Source: Camelus ferus
Taxonomy: Eukaryota
Assembly (NCBI RefSeq): GCF_009834535.1
Contig: NC_045696.1
Location: 6,822,001-6,886,000 of the forward strand
Direction of reading: 5' to 3'
DNA: 64,000 nt
Both the position numbers and the translations under genes were made by a program. Shown piece after piece: positions 47,501-60,465 of the stretch (position 1 is the first letter of the stretch; each line of letters begins with the position of its first letter). The notes beneath the pieces were generated by a model, which had not been told where the DNA came from, did not search any database, and saw only the letters and a program-made list of their open reading frames with translations.

Positions 47501-50500
47501 GGCCAGGGCCATCTGGTCAACCAGCACACTCATGGACGAGGATGAGTGGGCTTTCCAGACTCAGCCCTTAAAGGGTCCTAAATGGGTCCTAAGTAGGACT
47601 TTGCTGCCTTATTTGAAAGTATGAATAACAGTAGATTTAAAACATATAGAAGGATAAAGATGCCACAGTGTCTGAAGAGTGGGAGAGGCTACAAAGGGGT
47701 AGGTAAAACTTACTTACTTCCTCCAAATCAATACACGTCACCAGCCCTCTACATCATATATATAAATCGTTCCAACTCCTGACGGGGTTTGAAATGAGCA
47801 GAGTAAACTAAACCCAAATTATACAAACATGCGAAGGCCTGAGGCAAATGTTCCTCTCAGAATCCAGCTTAAGCAGCTCCAAGAATTATTGAACCCGACA
47901 GCTCAGGAAAATGGTGACACGTTTAAAACACAAACTCTAGCTAATTTACCTGATGAGTTTCTCCACTCTGGTCTGTAAAAACACCTCCTGGATTATTTCT
48001 ATGAATTAATACAATTAATACAAAGCAAAGCCTGGCACACAGTAGGATCTCAATCAATGTTAGCCATTACAAGGGTTAGAAGAGGGGTCAGCAGTATGAG
48101 CAGGTGTTTTGGAGGCTATGAAAGTGTCAACAGCAGTCCTGTATCGGTGACAGCTCATCACAGGCAGGAAATCCTATTCCTTCCACGTCCCTGCAGGATA
48201 TGACTCATTATTTACTCCCAAATCCTCCAGGCGATTGACTCGGGCTGCTTTGATAATCCCAAGAAACAATTCACCGCCTCGTGCTCAGCTCAGGGATCTG
48301 CAAAGCCTGGCTCCCCCTCCCCCATCCCAGGGCCACTGTGAATTCCTTGCACAACCTGCAAAGGACGTTCCATCATTGGTCCCTACTTTCATTTTTCTCT
48401 CTTCTAAACTGTGAGTGAGACACCAAACAGACACAGCTCAAGAATCGTGATTTTAAAACCATCACCCACATGAACACCTTCTAAGCATTTTCTGTACTGT
48501 GACTTCTGAGGAACATCGTAGTTTTATCCGAAAATAGCCAGCTCTGCTTTCCTCCCCACCTTGCTCCCGCCCATCCTGGGAGCCCACTGTAACTTTTCTT
48601 AGGCTATTACACAGGTTGTGAGCTTACCCCCGACTGGTATATTTCCAGGGCTCTGAGGGTGGTCCTCTGAATTTTCTCACCATCATTTATGCCCAAATCC
48701 CTCTTCCCTTGGTTCAAACACATGCACCACAACTGTCTCAGGACTTTGCAAGTTCCGTCTGTATTTTGCCCACATACCCAGGGGGAGGTTCTTCTTCCTT
48801 TGCCTGGAGCTCAGCTTTAGTCTAGAGCCTTCTCTTGAGGACAGTTGCAGACAGGGAGAGAGTTAATATATCATCTCAGTTTCCCAACTGCTTTTCTTGA
48901 TGAAATGTGTACTTTACCTCCTGAGGCACACTATTTTTTTATATTTGTGGACACATATTCAATTTAGTTCTGTGATATTTTCCTTAAAAAAGACCTTTAG
49001 GAAAAAATTTTTAGAATTATATTCTGGACAGTATACATCTCTGCATTCACACAACTCACACAACCCACCTTGAAATTTGCAGGAATTACCTCTCTCGGCA
49101 CAGCCACGTATATTAAGAAGATCGTGGAATGTGCTTCCCTACGCTCTGTTTATTGCTTTGCTCACAAAGAGCCCACTGACCCCTGGCGTTTCCATCCCCA
49201 TCACTATGGCGCCCGAGACAATGTCACAGAAAGGATACAGCGCAGCAGGAGACTAGCACTCACGTTCCTTCCTCTAGTGGGCTATGACGGACCCATTGGA
49301 TCCAATGGATCCAGCGTATCCATTCACAAGGGAGAATGAGCAATGTCTGCTGCCCCCGGCCTGCTCTCCTGCCCTACCCACTGCACCAGGAAGGCCAAGT
49401 GAGAACAAAGGCAAAACCACCCTTGGCTCTTTGGAGACTATTGACGCAGATTCAAAGTTCATACCTTAAACCTGGGGACCATGGGTGACCCCTTCCCTCC
49501 CCATCTTTTGCTTTCTCTTCATCGGTCTCACAAGGGCCCGCTAGTGGCTGTGGTATGTTTACCCTGCAGCCTTCTGCTATTTTTATCATGTGGCTTTTCA
49601 CCACCGGTTCTGTGGTTCTGCAGAGGACATTGCTCTTTGCAAGGTGAGGTCTGGCCTGTTAGCTGGTCTATTATTCTTTCTCCTTCAACCCTTTGATCTG
49701 TTTCAAATGTGATTTTTGAAAGCAGGTAACATATAAATCACATCTGCATAAACAAATGTGTACATAAGTCTGAGACACAGAGAGTGCATTTAACTCTTCA
49801 AAGCCTACAAAAGCATCTTTTGATGTCAATCTCAAAAGGCAGAAGAAAGGAGCTGAATTTTACCCTAATTCAAAAACAAAATATTTTTAGTTTCCTTTTA
49901 CTTACATTGTCTGTGCCGTGAGCACAGCTGCACTGGCCTTTCTGGGGCCTGGTGACCCCTTAGCTTCCCTCAAATGTAAAAGGAACACATGCCAAAGATG
50001 GCATTTAGCTCATTAATTACACAAGGAAATCATACAGGTGCCACAACAGGTTCAAAGAAGTCAAACCACAGTTTTACATGGAGTAAAGGAGTGTTGAGAA
50101 GTGTTTTTCCGTGGGAAAGGAGATTGATTGAATCTCCATCTGGAAGAATTTATCTCCAGGTCTATATACAAGAGTTATGTTGCATTGGTCATGATAATCA
50201 CATTGCCATCGGCTCTCTACAATTTACGAATTATAAAAATAGCTCCATGGCAATCAACAGCTAGAATCAGAAAGCCCCGAAGGGTGTGCTCTAAATAGTA
50301 CATAGTTTTCTACTGAAAACACCAAGTAATCTTTATTACTTATTCCTAAGTTTCCACCTACAAATCTTGGCTTCCTGTTCTCCACCCTCCCTTCTGTTTC
50401 TAGCAGCCATTGGCTGTCTCCAGCTCATCCTGTGACCTCCCATTACCTGGTGGCAGGTAAATCTGCTGATGCCCTGGTTTCCCAAGAGTCACCAGTAGAC

Positions 50501-50830
50501 CATTTCAACTCCTTTCTGTACTGAGTTTGATCTATGCTGCTCTTGCCCACTCTCCCTCTTCCCCACAGTGGCCGGTGGGCATGAGCCAATGTCCATCCGT
50601 CTTTCCATCAGAATGCAATCCTGGCTTCCATGCCCCGCCAGGGCCAGGTCTGCTCCTGCAACAAGAGCTGCACAAAAAGATATGAAAGATCAGGCTCCTG
50701 GTTCCATGAAGTAAGAATCAGTGGCCTGTGGCCACTCGAAGCCTTACTTTTTATTTCCATCCGTACGTGGAAACCTCATGAGATGCTCCCAGCACGTCAG
50801 ATCTACTTTTTAGCTGTAGTTGCTCCCTTG

Positions 50831-51132
50831 GTATATCAGTCAAAGTTCAATCAGAGAAGAAGAACCAGTAGGAGATACGAATTAAGAGGCTTATTGGAAG
50901 GAATTGGCTTCCATGATTAAGAGGCACATCAAAAACCTATAGGGCAGGCCGTCAAGAAGGGCAGACGGAAGTTCTCAGGCATAGGCTGAAGCTGCCATCA
51001 CAGGTAGACTTTCTTCTCTCAGGGAAGTCTCAACTCTACCTTTAAGGCCTTTCAACTGATCAAGCCAGGCCCACACAGGTAATCTAGGATAAAATCAACT
51101 GATCACATATATGAAACACTTTCACAGCAACA
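50831..51132 (-). mobile_element. ERVL LTR (MLT2-like), truncated
   Basis: 'tatatcagtcaaagttcaatcagagaagaagaaccagtaggagatac...ggaattggcttccatgatt...aaggcctttcaactgat...aggcccacacag...ttcacagcaaca'. Confidence 0.85.
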
Positions 51133-54100
51133 TAAAAGTTTAGGGTTAGGGCTCTTTGCCCAGGAGACACTTGGGGTCTGGTTTTAAGAAATGGAGGCAA
51201 GGAAACCAACATGCTTGAAGCTTCATGGGCCTAGAGAAGGTCTCTTTTTCTGCTTGAATTTTCCATTTGTTTATTTTGGGGAAACCGTAGACTGACATAA
51301 TCATGGGTGTGCTAAAGACCCCGAAAGCACTCCTTGGTGACTTCACTTCAGTAAAAATAAAATGAAGTGTCGTCTTCTTCATTTTGAGAGGGGGCGTTAG
51401 CAAGGCGTATGTTTGCTGGAAGTGGGTACCTTCCAAGATACACTCCTGTGACAGTCCAAATTAGGGCAATTCAATCAAGAGAACTCGGCAGAAGGGCCTG
51501 GCACCCTCCCACCACTGGACCCAGTCATATTTTTAAATCTTCTTATTTCAAGAGACCTAATCACAAACAGAGCTTATAGGTCTGAGCAAATTATGTTTAC
51601 TTCCATTTAAGTTTTATCTCTTCCCTGTCATACTTTGCGATGTGCTGAAAAATGGCAAGTAAACATTTCATCTGAATGCTGACATTTTAAAAAGAAAAAC
51701 TATTAAAGAGTTGGACATTCCTTTCCGCGTCTGTGTCAAACATCAGGTGTGGATTGATGCACTGATGCAGACAGCTTCCACATCAGCTTCTGTCCTCCGA
51801 CATGGTTTGTGATGCGCGATGACCCACTGGCCACAAAAAGCTCACATTTCCCAAGGGTATCTCCCGAAGTCCAGTCACCGCAGGCAGTTTAAGCTCAACC
51901 TCCAAACTGCCAATATAATATAAGTTCCTCCCTCTTTGCTGTCCTGAAAAAAAAATATCAAGCTCCACATTGTGTAATTGCCTCAAGAGGTAATACGAGC
52001 AATAGTCTTTTATAAACCATAGAACAACTTGTTTCTTACACAAGCCACGGCAATACATGTAAGTATCAACTGAACATTATTTTAGAAGTGGAGCCTTCAT
52101 GCATAATGGACTAATAAACCCATTAGCTCTTACGTCCTGCTAATTATGCGCTTTGTCACACACAGCCAAGTGCCTGTGAAAACCTGTTTTTATACTATTT
52201 TAATAATGCTATCTCCTTATGCACAGAAATTGATTTTCGATATCAACCACACAAGGTGAATAAAACAAAATTGAGCCCAAAACGTTAAAGATACGAATAT
52301 GGGCACCAGATGTAATTCCTGAAGGATAAACTCTCAAGAACATGATAATAAAATAGATATCACCTTTTTCAAGTCTCTGCAACCACTCTAAACGAGATCC
52401 TAAATAAATCTGAGTGCGTACTGGTGATGTAGCCATCAAAATGAAGATGCTGAGGGTACGGCATGTGGCCAAAGAGACGTCAAGTTCTCCTCCTCATCGG
52501 AGGCCACTGTCTTGGTTACTTTGGAAGGCATGGTCCACTCACAATAATCTCTGAATTTCAAAAACTTTGAACATAAAAGAATATTAATTCACACTCTTAC
52601 TAATATAAATGAAGACAAACCAACAGATCAAAAATTGCTTATCTAAAGTATCAATGAATTAAATAGTACCCCAAAAAAAGCACATTTTTTAAAGAAAAGA
52701 AAAAAGAATACAAAACACGTTTTGCCTCACCCCTCATTTTCCTGGATTGACCGTCAGCAACAGCTTCTTCCCAGCGGTTAATGTCAAGTGTCCAAATTCC
52801 TCAAGGGTATTCCTGCTCTTCTGTTAGTTGTCTTGAATTCACCTTTTCAGAATCATTCCTTCCTTTTTAAGAGGCTCTGTTCTGTCTCCTGGGAAATCTC
52901 CCAGCTGTGGTTGTTCTTGTGTAAATACGATCCCTTCATCTTTGCCTCAATTCTGTTGGTTTTCATAGTAGCAACAATGATGTCACTTGCTAGTCAAGAT
53001 GTTGCCCTAACTTTCCAGGGAAGCCCCCAGGCTGTTTAGGGAAATAACTCAGCAACGTACACTTGTAAGGCTTGAGACTTTTTCACAAAACCACCAAAAT
53101 ACGTTCAACTAAATCAACCTACCAGACAGCGCAAAGGTAAGAGGAGAAAACCCAGTGTTTCCCATTTCCCTGACAACCCGCACCCAGCAGCCACAGTCCC
53201 TAACAGCTTCTGTTACAAAGTCAGAATTTACAGGTAAAGCAGGACCCCTAAAGCTGACAGATGCTTTAGGCTTTTCGTGGCATTTTAGCTTAAACTAGGA
53301 TCATAAATTTTTTCTGCAGTTTGAACTACTTAATAAAGCCTTCCTTTTTCAGATCTGAGTTAGATACCAAGTCCTTACAGAGATAAGGCAAAAACGTGTG
53401 CGTGTGTATGTGTACACATGTATAAAGGTCCCATCTGCAAAAGAGAAAAGATAAATTAGAAGGCTTCCTTGCTTACCAAAAGAGGCACACTGGCTACTTT
53501 TTACTTTAAATAGAGACTCAACCCTGTCCACTGTGCATTTAAGGCAAACTTGGATTTAAAATTCACAAACAACCTTTGGCAAATTTAACTATCATTTAGC
53601 GTGAGGTCTACCTGATTGTAAATAAGTAAAATACAGGCCTTTTCCACAGCACTCATGGGAGAAAATCCAACCATCGGTGATTCCAAACTTTTATGTAAGA
53701 TCAGAAGCTGGTTCCAAGAAAGGCTGTCTTCCAAGCTTCAGTCAAGGTGTAGAGAAGCGGGGCCAAGGATTGAACTTGGTTTGTTCGTTTGATGAGAATG
53801 GAGATCTGTCCCGCTGCAGGGCTTGGACCCCTGACGTACTATGTGCTCACCTGCAGCCCTGCATCGGTGGCTCAGGGTGCTCTGTGCCTCCCTCTCCTTT
53901 CCAGTCCCTAAGTCGCCAAAGAACCCAGCACCAGCTCCTCCACGAAGCCACTGGACCATGAAGGAGTCATTTAAGCACCAGTTTGGTGCATTATAAGCCC
54001 TCAGAATATTCCCCAAAAGCTTCCTCTACTCAGTGTTCACGGCTCCTTGCTTCAAGGACACGGGATAGAGCAAGAGACCTGGGTAGAGGGCACTCTCATG

Positions 54101-54271
54101 CTTTCAAGGGTTGGTCATGGAGAAACTTAATGTACTGGATGAAGTAAGAGAAGGAGGTAGGAGGCACTCCCATTTGTTCAGGGGATGGTTATGGAGAAAC
54201 TGCAATATGCTAAGCACATTTCTATCTGCAGAGATGCAGAGATCAAGTGATTGTAATCCCTGCCCACTGGA

Positions 54272-54618
54272 TGTTATGGGTTGAACTGTATTCACATGCT
54301 GAAACTTCCAGGACGTCCAAATGTGATCATATTGGGAGTAAGGTCTTGAAAGAAATAGTTAAAATGAGGTCCTTCAGGTGAGCGCTAATCCAGTACGACT
54401 GGTGTCCTTATAAGAAGAGGAGATTAGGACCCACAGAGGACAGACTATGTCAGGATGCAGGGAGAAGATGGCCATCTACACGCCTCACTGGAAACCAACC
54501 CTGCAGACACCTTGATCTCAGACTTGTAGATTTCAGAATTGTGAGAACATAAATGCTTGTGGTTTAAAGCCACTAAGGCTGCAGTGCTTTGTTAAAGCAG
54601 CCCTTCTAAATAACAACA
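54272..54618 (+). mobile_element. MaLR solo LTR (MLT1A/B-like)
   Basis: 'tgttatgggttgaactgt...aaaatgaggtc...ctaatccagtacgactggtgtccttataagaagaggagattaggac...ctgcagacaccttgatctcagactt...tttgttaaagcagccc'. Confidence 0.9.
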
Positions 54619-54679
54619 CCAGAGTGACAGTCCAGGGCAGGGAGGCCGGCAGCAGTGAGTAAGTAAATACCAGTTTTAT

Positions 54680-54890
54680 GATAATAACAAACAGTTGCAT
54701 AGTCCTTATGTTCTGCCTGTCCCCCTTCTCAGTGCTTTTCATTTCTCAGAACAGTCCCATAAGGGTATCACACCACCTCCAATTTACAGATGAGGAAAGT
54801 GAAGCAGAGGGAAGTTAAGGACTTGCCCAATGTCACACAGCTTAAGTAGTGGGGCTGAGATTTAAACTCAGGCAGTCTGACCCCAGGTTA
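54680..54890 (-). mobile_element. MIR
   Basis: 'tttacagatgaggaaagtgaagcagagggaagttaaggacttgcccaatgtcacacagc...gagatttaaactcaggcagtctgac'. Confidence 0.9.
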
Positions 54891-54969
54891 CATTTTCCCT
54901 TCTTATACATAGTGAAGACAAGAGTTGCAAAGATCAATAGGGTTAGAAATTGATACAGGATGGAGAGGA

Positions 54970-55600
54970 CTCGACATAAGGTAGAGTGTCAGGGAAGCTT
55001 CAGAGGAAGTGATTGTTTTACCGGTGACCTGAATGATGTGGCAGAGAGAGTCATGCAAGGACATTGAGGAGGGGCTTTCCTGGCAAGTACAATGACCCTG
55101 GGAGAGAAGGAGCTTGGCATCTGGAAAGAAAATCAAGAAAATCAGAGAATGAGAAAGGCAGTTATAGGACGAGTTCTTGGTGATTCTGCAGGAACTTGGA
55201 GGTCTCCTGAAGCCTGGATTTTATCACAAATGTGCTGGGCAGTCCTTGAAGGGTTTTAAGCTAGGGAGCAAGATCATCTGACACACGCTCAGAGCAACCA
55301 TGGCTCCAGCTGCCACGTAGAGAACAAACTACAGAAGTTGCAGGGGGGTCAGCAGGGAGATGAGTCAGGAGCAGACGAAGCAAAAAGTGGTTCTGCCTCG
55401 AACGAAGGTAGTAGCTATAAAGATGGTGGGAAACAGTCAAATTTGGGACTTAGAACACAGAGCTCCATGGTCTTCCCCTGAGAAGGGATTAAACTCAAGT
55501 TGGAGGAAAGTTATCACGGATGAGATCATTGGAGAACAATTAAGGGCTCACTTGGGAGATATTAACTGTGAGTACAGTAGGACTCAGGAAAGAAAGAAGT
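54970..55600 (-). mobile_element. L2 fragment
   Basis: 'gtcagggaagcttcagaggaagtga...gacctgaatgatg...ggattttatcacaaatgtgctgggcagtccttgaagggttttaagctagggagcaagatcatctga'. Confidence 0.75.
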
Positions 55601-55689
55601 AAGGAATCATGTACGGTTAAGGAATCTCTCTACCATGTATCTTGGAGATTTTTCCATAATAATAATTCCAAAATACCTAGAGCTGTATT

Positions 55690-57720
55690 TTGGTCTTTCG
55701 TATCTTAGAGTTATTATTTTACATTAAGTCTTCAAATCGCTAAAATATTTTTGTTGTTCTTTATCTCCCACTATATGTTCCGGGTTTGCTTGTCTTTGTC
55801 GTGTGCCTTCTGGAACTTGCAATTTGGCAGACCGAGTCTCACTTCATTCTTCTCCAATATATCCTGTACTTAGATCTCTGTTTTGTAGACAAAATCTATT
55901 GCCTCCTTCCACCCCCATAAACTATATTCAAATTCAGGTTCTTTGATTTTCATCCACCTTTCTTCTTTCTCCTTCACTTTCTGGTGATGCTGCTATCCAT
56001 AGCTCATCTATTTATTCCCTTAAATTATATTCCTCTAATTCCTTGTTTGATTTTTCAGTTTTAAACATATCTGACCCACCTGCTCTGTAAGGTAAGGAGC
56101 TTACCTCTCTTTTGTCACCTTCATTTCTCTTCCTGTCTACCACCTGGATTTTGTTAGTCATATTATTATTTTAACATCACCATGGTTTTCACTTCTCTAT
56201 CCTTTCCGTAATCATAATTTCCCTGGCAATTTTATCCTTAGATTTATATGCAAATGGACTCATCATTTACTGCCACCTTTTCTCACTGTTTCTCCAGTCT
56301 TAACGCAGCTGAGATTTGACTTCATGGTATTTTTCAAAAAAGGCTCATGGAGAACTGTATTTCCTGAGTGCTTGCATCTTTAAGAGGTATCGCTCAGCTA
56401 TCTTTTTGTCTAAACACTAATGTGGCTGCATATAGAACTTTTTGTCTCACTTCCTTTTCCTAAGAACTTCAGACCATGTTCCATTGTCTTCTACCATTGA
56501 ATCTTTCCAGAAAGAAATAGATCTTTCCAGAGAGAACACAGTCTGGCTTTTCCTCTTCTCCATGTGTAACCATATCAGCACATGTATCAATGTCCATGAA
56601 TCTCCCTCCTCCCCCAGGGAGGACACAGTATGCCCTATCAATGGGAAGAATTGAGCTTTATCTGAAGAACTTCTTTAAAGGATATGTCCAAATATTTTTT
56701 CTATTGATTTATTCTGTTTTCTTCTCCAAGGACACAAATTATATGTTGAGTCATCTTTGTCTGTCTTCCATGTCCAACCATGTTCTAGTCAATCTTTTTC
56801 TTAACTCTTGTTTGTTTTCTTTTTATGTTGCTTTATTTTCTCAAGTCTTTACTGACTGTATTTTTATCCATCTTTTCTCTTTTGTCCAAATCCAACATGG
56901 CTTCTATTATTATATTCACTTTACTTTTCTCTTCTAGGTCATTTTTAACTTCATTCCATTGTTTTATCATTTCCTCCCACAGCTCTGGAGTCTCTGCTTT
57001 TAGTTCTTGAAATACTGAATTTAGTTTTTCATCAGCTCTTTGAGTTTAGGGAGAATCATTTTGTTGTGTTTTTCATCTACCCTGCTACAAAATGTTTCCT
57101 GTGCTTTTCCTCAACAGCCTCTAGTTTGCCTTTTAGGGGGCAATATTTTGAGTAGATTCTCTGCTCATTCCTCATGAATGAGGGGAGTTCTGCCTGGATC
57201 AGCTATCCACGAAAGGACAGTCTTGAGAGGAGCCAGGAAAGCACTGAAATTAAGCAGGTGGCCTCTGGCTCAAAATGCAGCTCTAATGCTGGGTTCTGTC
57301 AGAAAGTGTAGCTCTTAAATCACTACAGCTAAGAAAGATTGGCAGCCAGAGAGCTGCTAACCATCACAGTCCCTCCTCCACTCAGCCACCCCGGGAGACT
57401 GCTTCTTGCAGATCTGAGCATTTTCTCATTTCCTTCTGTTTCCTGTGGCCTTTCTGTGGTGTCAGCACACTGTCCGAGGAGACTTCCACAGGCTGTCCTA
57501 CGTCTTCATCTTGCTGTTCTAAACATTGGATGTGCCCCAGGATGGGGAAGACCAGACTCTGCTTGCTCTGCCATAGATCTCCAGGGCCTGTTAGTCATTC
57601 CTTTCTCGCTGGCAGTCTTCATGGTGGTCCAGTTCTTGCTGCATAGAGTCCATATCTCTCCTTATATATAGTTTAGGATTAGATTATAGACATTTCCTAG
57701 TTTCACAAAAAAATTAAATT
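55690..57720 (-). mobile_element. Ancient L1M/HAL1-like fragment(s)
   Basis: Strongly T-rich plus strand; 'ggctcatggagaactgtatttcctgagtgcttgcat', 'gctgcatatagaactttttgtctcac...ttccattgtcttcta'. Confidence 0.6.
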
Positions 57721-57782
57721 CCTTTCTGTTGATTTGTCTCTTCACGGTTTTCTAAAGGAAAACCTTAAAATTAGATCTCTCC

Positions 57783-58011
57783 GAGTTTGAAATTGGTAGG
57801 TACTGACAGGCATATATAGATAGATAAACAAGATTATACTGTATAGCACAGGGAAAAATATATACAAGATCTTGTGGTAGCTCACAGCGGGAAAAAATGT
57901 GACAATGAACATATGTATGTTCTTGTATAACTGAAAAATTGTGCTCTGCACTGGAAAGTTGACACAACATTGTAAAATAACTATAACTCAATAAAAAAAT
58001 GTAAAAAAAAT
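57783..58011 (+). mobile_element. Young camelid-type L1 3' end (229 bp) with A tail and TSD
   Basis: 'atagataaacaagattatactgtatagcacagggaaaaatatatacaagatcttgtggtagctcacagc...ttgacacaacattgtaaaataactataactcaataaaaaaa'; TSD AATTAGATCTCTCC 57769-57782 / 58012-58025; TT|AAAA site at 57765-57770. Confidence 0.92.
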
Positions 58012-58354
58012 AATTAGATCTCTCCATAAACATCATGGCTCAAATAAATACCTATTCTTTGCTTTTACCCCTAGAGATTTCAATTCAGTCCATCTGCAGT
58101 GGAGCATAGTTATATCTAGGCTTAGAAAGAGCCCACAGGCAATGAATTTGAAGCATTAGGATGCCGCTCAATGCTACCCCTATCCAGAGTATTGACTGAT
58201 GAACCATGCAAGAGGATCTCAGACTAGAAGGAAATCAAGTAACCATTGTATTTATCCACGTCAGCAGCCCAGCCACACACCTCCCTCAATGCAGAGACCA
58301 TTGATCGGGCTGAAGGCTGAAGAGAGGTGGCTTATCCTCACCATGGTGGGTCTG

Positions 58355-58578
58355 TCCTTTTTTTTTTTAATTTGGAAAAATTTTGAACCAATAAAAAAGT
58401 CAGAGTAATAGAATGCACATACTTGTATGCTTCACCCTTCACGTAGATCACATTTGCCTTTTTTGTGGAGTGTCTCTCTCTCGGACCATTTGAGAAGGAG
58501 TTGTAGATGTCAGGATACCTCACCCTTAAGTATTTGAATATGAATCTCCTGGGAACAAGGACATTCTCTACACTGATT
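58355..58578 (-). mobile_element. Old L1 (L1MC/ME) 3' end fragment
   Basis: 'ggaccatttgagaaggagttgtagatgtcaggatacctcacccttaagtatttgaatatgaatctcctgggaacaaggacattctc'. Confidence 0.7.
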
Positions 58579-59959
58579 TGGAGACTACCTGCTTACAGGC
58601 TCAGTTGCTCATCTAGCTAGAGATAGGGAGTCAGGAACGGAGAGGGTGGATTCCCACATAAAGACCAGAAGCACAAAATCACCCTGAGTTCAGGAAGTGA
58701 AAGCAGGGAGTAAGGAGAGGGCAAGAAAGATGGTAGCAGGGTTTCCAGGGGAAAGGGTCCAGGCCACAAGAAGGAAATGAAAATGTTTAAGCTCGTTGCT
58801 GCCTTATGTAGAGTAATTCTATTCCCACCCCTACACAGGGCCTAGTGAATGCTGCAATATTGTATGGAATCGTTTTTGTATGATATTTACAAAGCAGAGT
58901 TAACATGATTTTAAAATACAGGGAGCCTAAAGAGCTTCAGAAAATGATGTCTGAACATCCCCACCCCCCCATGCTTCTGGCCATAGCTTCCTGAATGATG
59001 GAGAAAGCAAACACCATCTGCCCTACGTCCAGTCCCCTAGAGGATCCAGCCTTAGGGAATAATTTTTGCCTTGAGCTCCCTGAACCGTACCTCCTCCCCT
59101 CCCCCTCGCCTTCTGCTGTCCTCTGGGACAGGGAGCCTGAACAGCTGCTGCCTGTCAGAAACCGAGGCTCCCGGCCTGTGCTTGGCCAATAACCCACCTT
59201 GTAACCAACGGTGGCAGGAGTTGTTTTTCTTTTCCCGTGGATAACTGTCAAACAAGTAGGGACCACTGAATTGTCAGTGGGAAGCCTGTTGTTGGGAATA
59301 CACAGTTTTGAGAAAGATTCAGCATGTTTGTGCAGGACTGGGTTTCACAGCTCAGCAACACTGAGAGGGCCATGTGAACACAGCACAGAATTATGCAATG
59401 ACTGGTCCACAGGGAGAGAGGGTCCCCAGCAGATGCAGTCACTCTCGACTTCTGCCTGTTGAATTAGAAGTTTACAGTTGATATTTCAGGTCTCATAAGG
59501 CATTAGAAAAGCTTTTTTTCTGCTCCATTTAATTTTTTTTTTGTCTCAAAATGACTTAAACTACACAAATGATGCTAAGCCATTTTCAGAGACACAGACT
59601 AGGAATCTCAACCATCCTCTTCTCTCATCTGGTTTTATTTAGAAAGGTCCTAAGGACAGTCAGAACAGAACAAGGTGAAGGTCATGGTAAATCTCCACAA
59701 GGGGACAGACAATTCCACTAGAAAGGGTTACCAGAATGAAAATTCCATTTCTCTCTTTCCTTTAAAGCCCTGGGACGTGAAAGCCACATCCCACTCCAAA
59801 ATTGTTCCATTAACCCACCCTCACAGTGCACTTAGAATGCGGGCAGGCCAGAGCCCTGGAAGAAGGTGGCAGAGGCACACAAGGGAAAAAGAAGAAAAGA
59901 AAAAATGAATAGAAAAGAAAGAAACAGAGGAAAATAAATTTGGGGGTGTTTGTTAGTTT

Positions 59960-60335
59960 AGTTTCCTCGTGATCAGAGAACATAGTCTGTATGCTTTCAG
60001 TTATTTTGTTTGATGAGGTATGTGTTATGGCCCAAGGTATGTTCCATCTTGGTTTACATTCTGTGGGCACCTGAGAAGTACACACATTCTAGCGCTGTTG
60101 GGTCGATTACTATGAATGTTGATTAGATCCTGTTGGTTAATGGTGTTGCTGAGCTCCTCTATATCCCTGCTAATTTTCTCTCTAGTTATTTTGGCAATTG
60201 TTAAGAGAGGGATGTTGAAGTTTTCAACTGTATTTGTGGGTTTACATATTCATCCTTTAAATTCTATCAGTTTTTGCTTTATGTATTTTGCATCTCTGTT
60301 GTTTGGTGCATACACCTTTAGGATAACTACATGTT
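59960..60335 (-). mobile_element. L1M ORF2 endonuclease-region relic
   Basis: Minus-strand ORF 59810-60085 contains 'ITESIQTMFSDHEETKL', resembling the SDH motif of the L1 ORF2 APE domain; plus strand 'gttgaagttttcaactgtatttgtggg...gtttggtgcatacacctttagg'. Confidence 0.85.
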
Positions 60336-60336
60336 T

Positions 60337-60465
60337 ACACAGTGTAAAGTATAACTTTCATATGCACTGGGAAGCCAAAAAAATTTGTGTGGCTCAATTT
60401 ATCCTGATATTCACTTTATTGCAATGGTCTGGAACTGAGCCCAAAATATCTCTGAGGTATGATTG
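60337..60465 (-). mobile_element. Tigger1 terminal fragment
   Basis: 'tatgcactgggaagccaaaaaaatttgtgtg...ctttattgcaatggtctggaactgagcccaaaatatctctgaggtatg' is the reverse complement of the Tigger1 terminus. Confidence 0.85.

Noticed and set aside
49070..49339. Collagen-like GYD-GPI-GSN-GSS peptide
   Set aside because: Only four Gly-X-Y triplets, largely produced by the palindromic 9-bp duplication; no collagen exon structure.
52725..53000. Minus-strand purine-rich stretch with a 37-codon ORF and GGG|GTGAGG donor
   Set aside because: Short ORF with no recognisable homology and no clear acceptor; insufficient evidence for an exon.
56590..56937. Phe/Leu-rich ORF
   Set aside because: T-rich antisense strand of an ancient L1/HAL1 relic.
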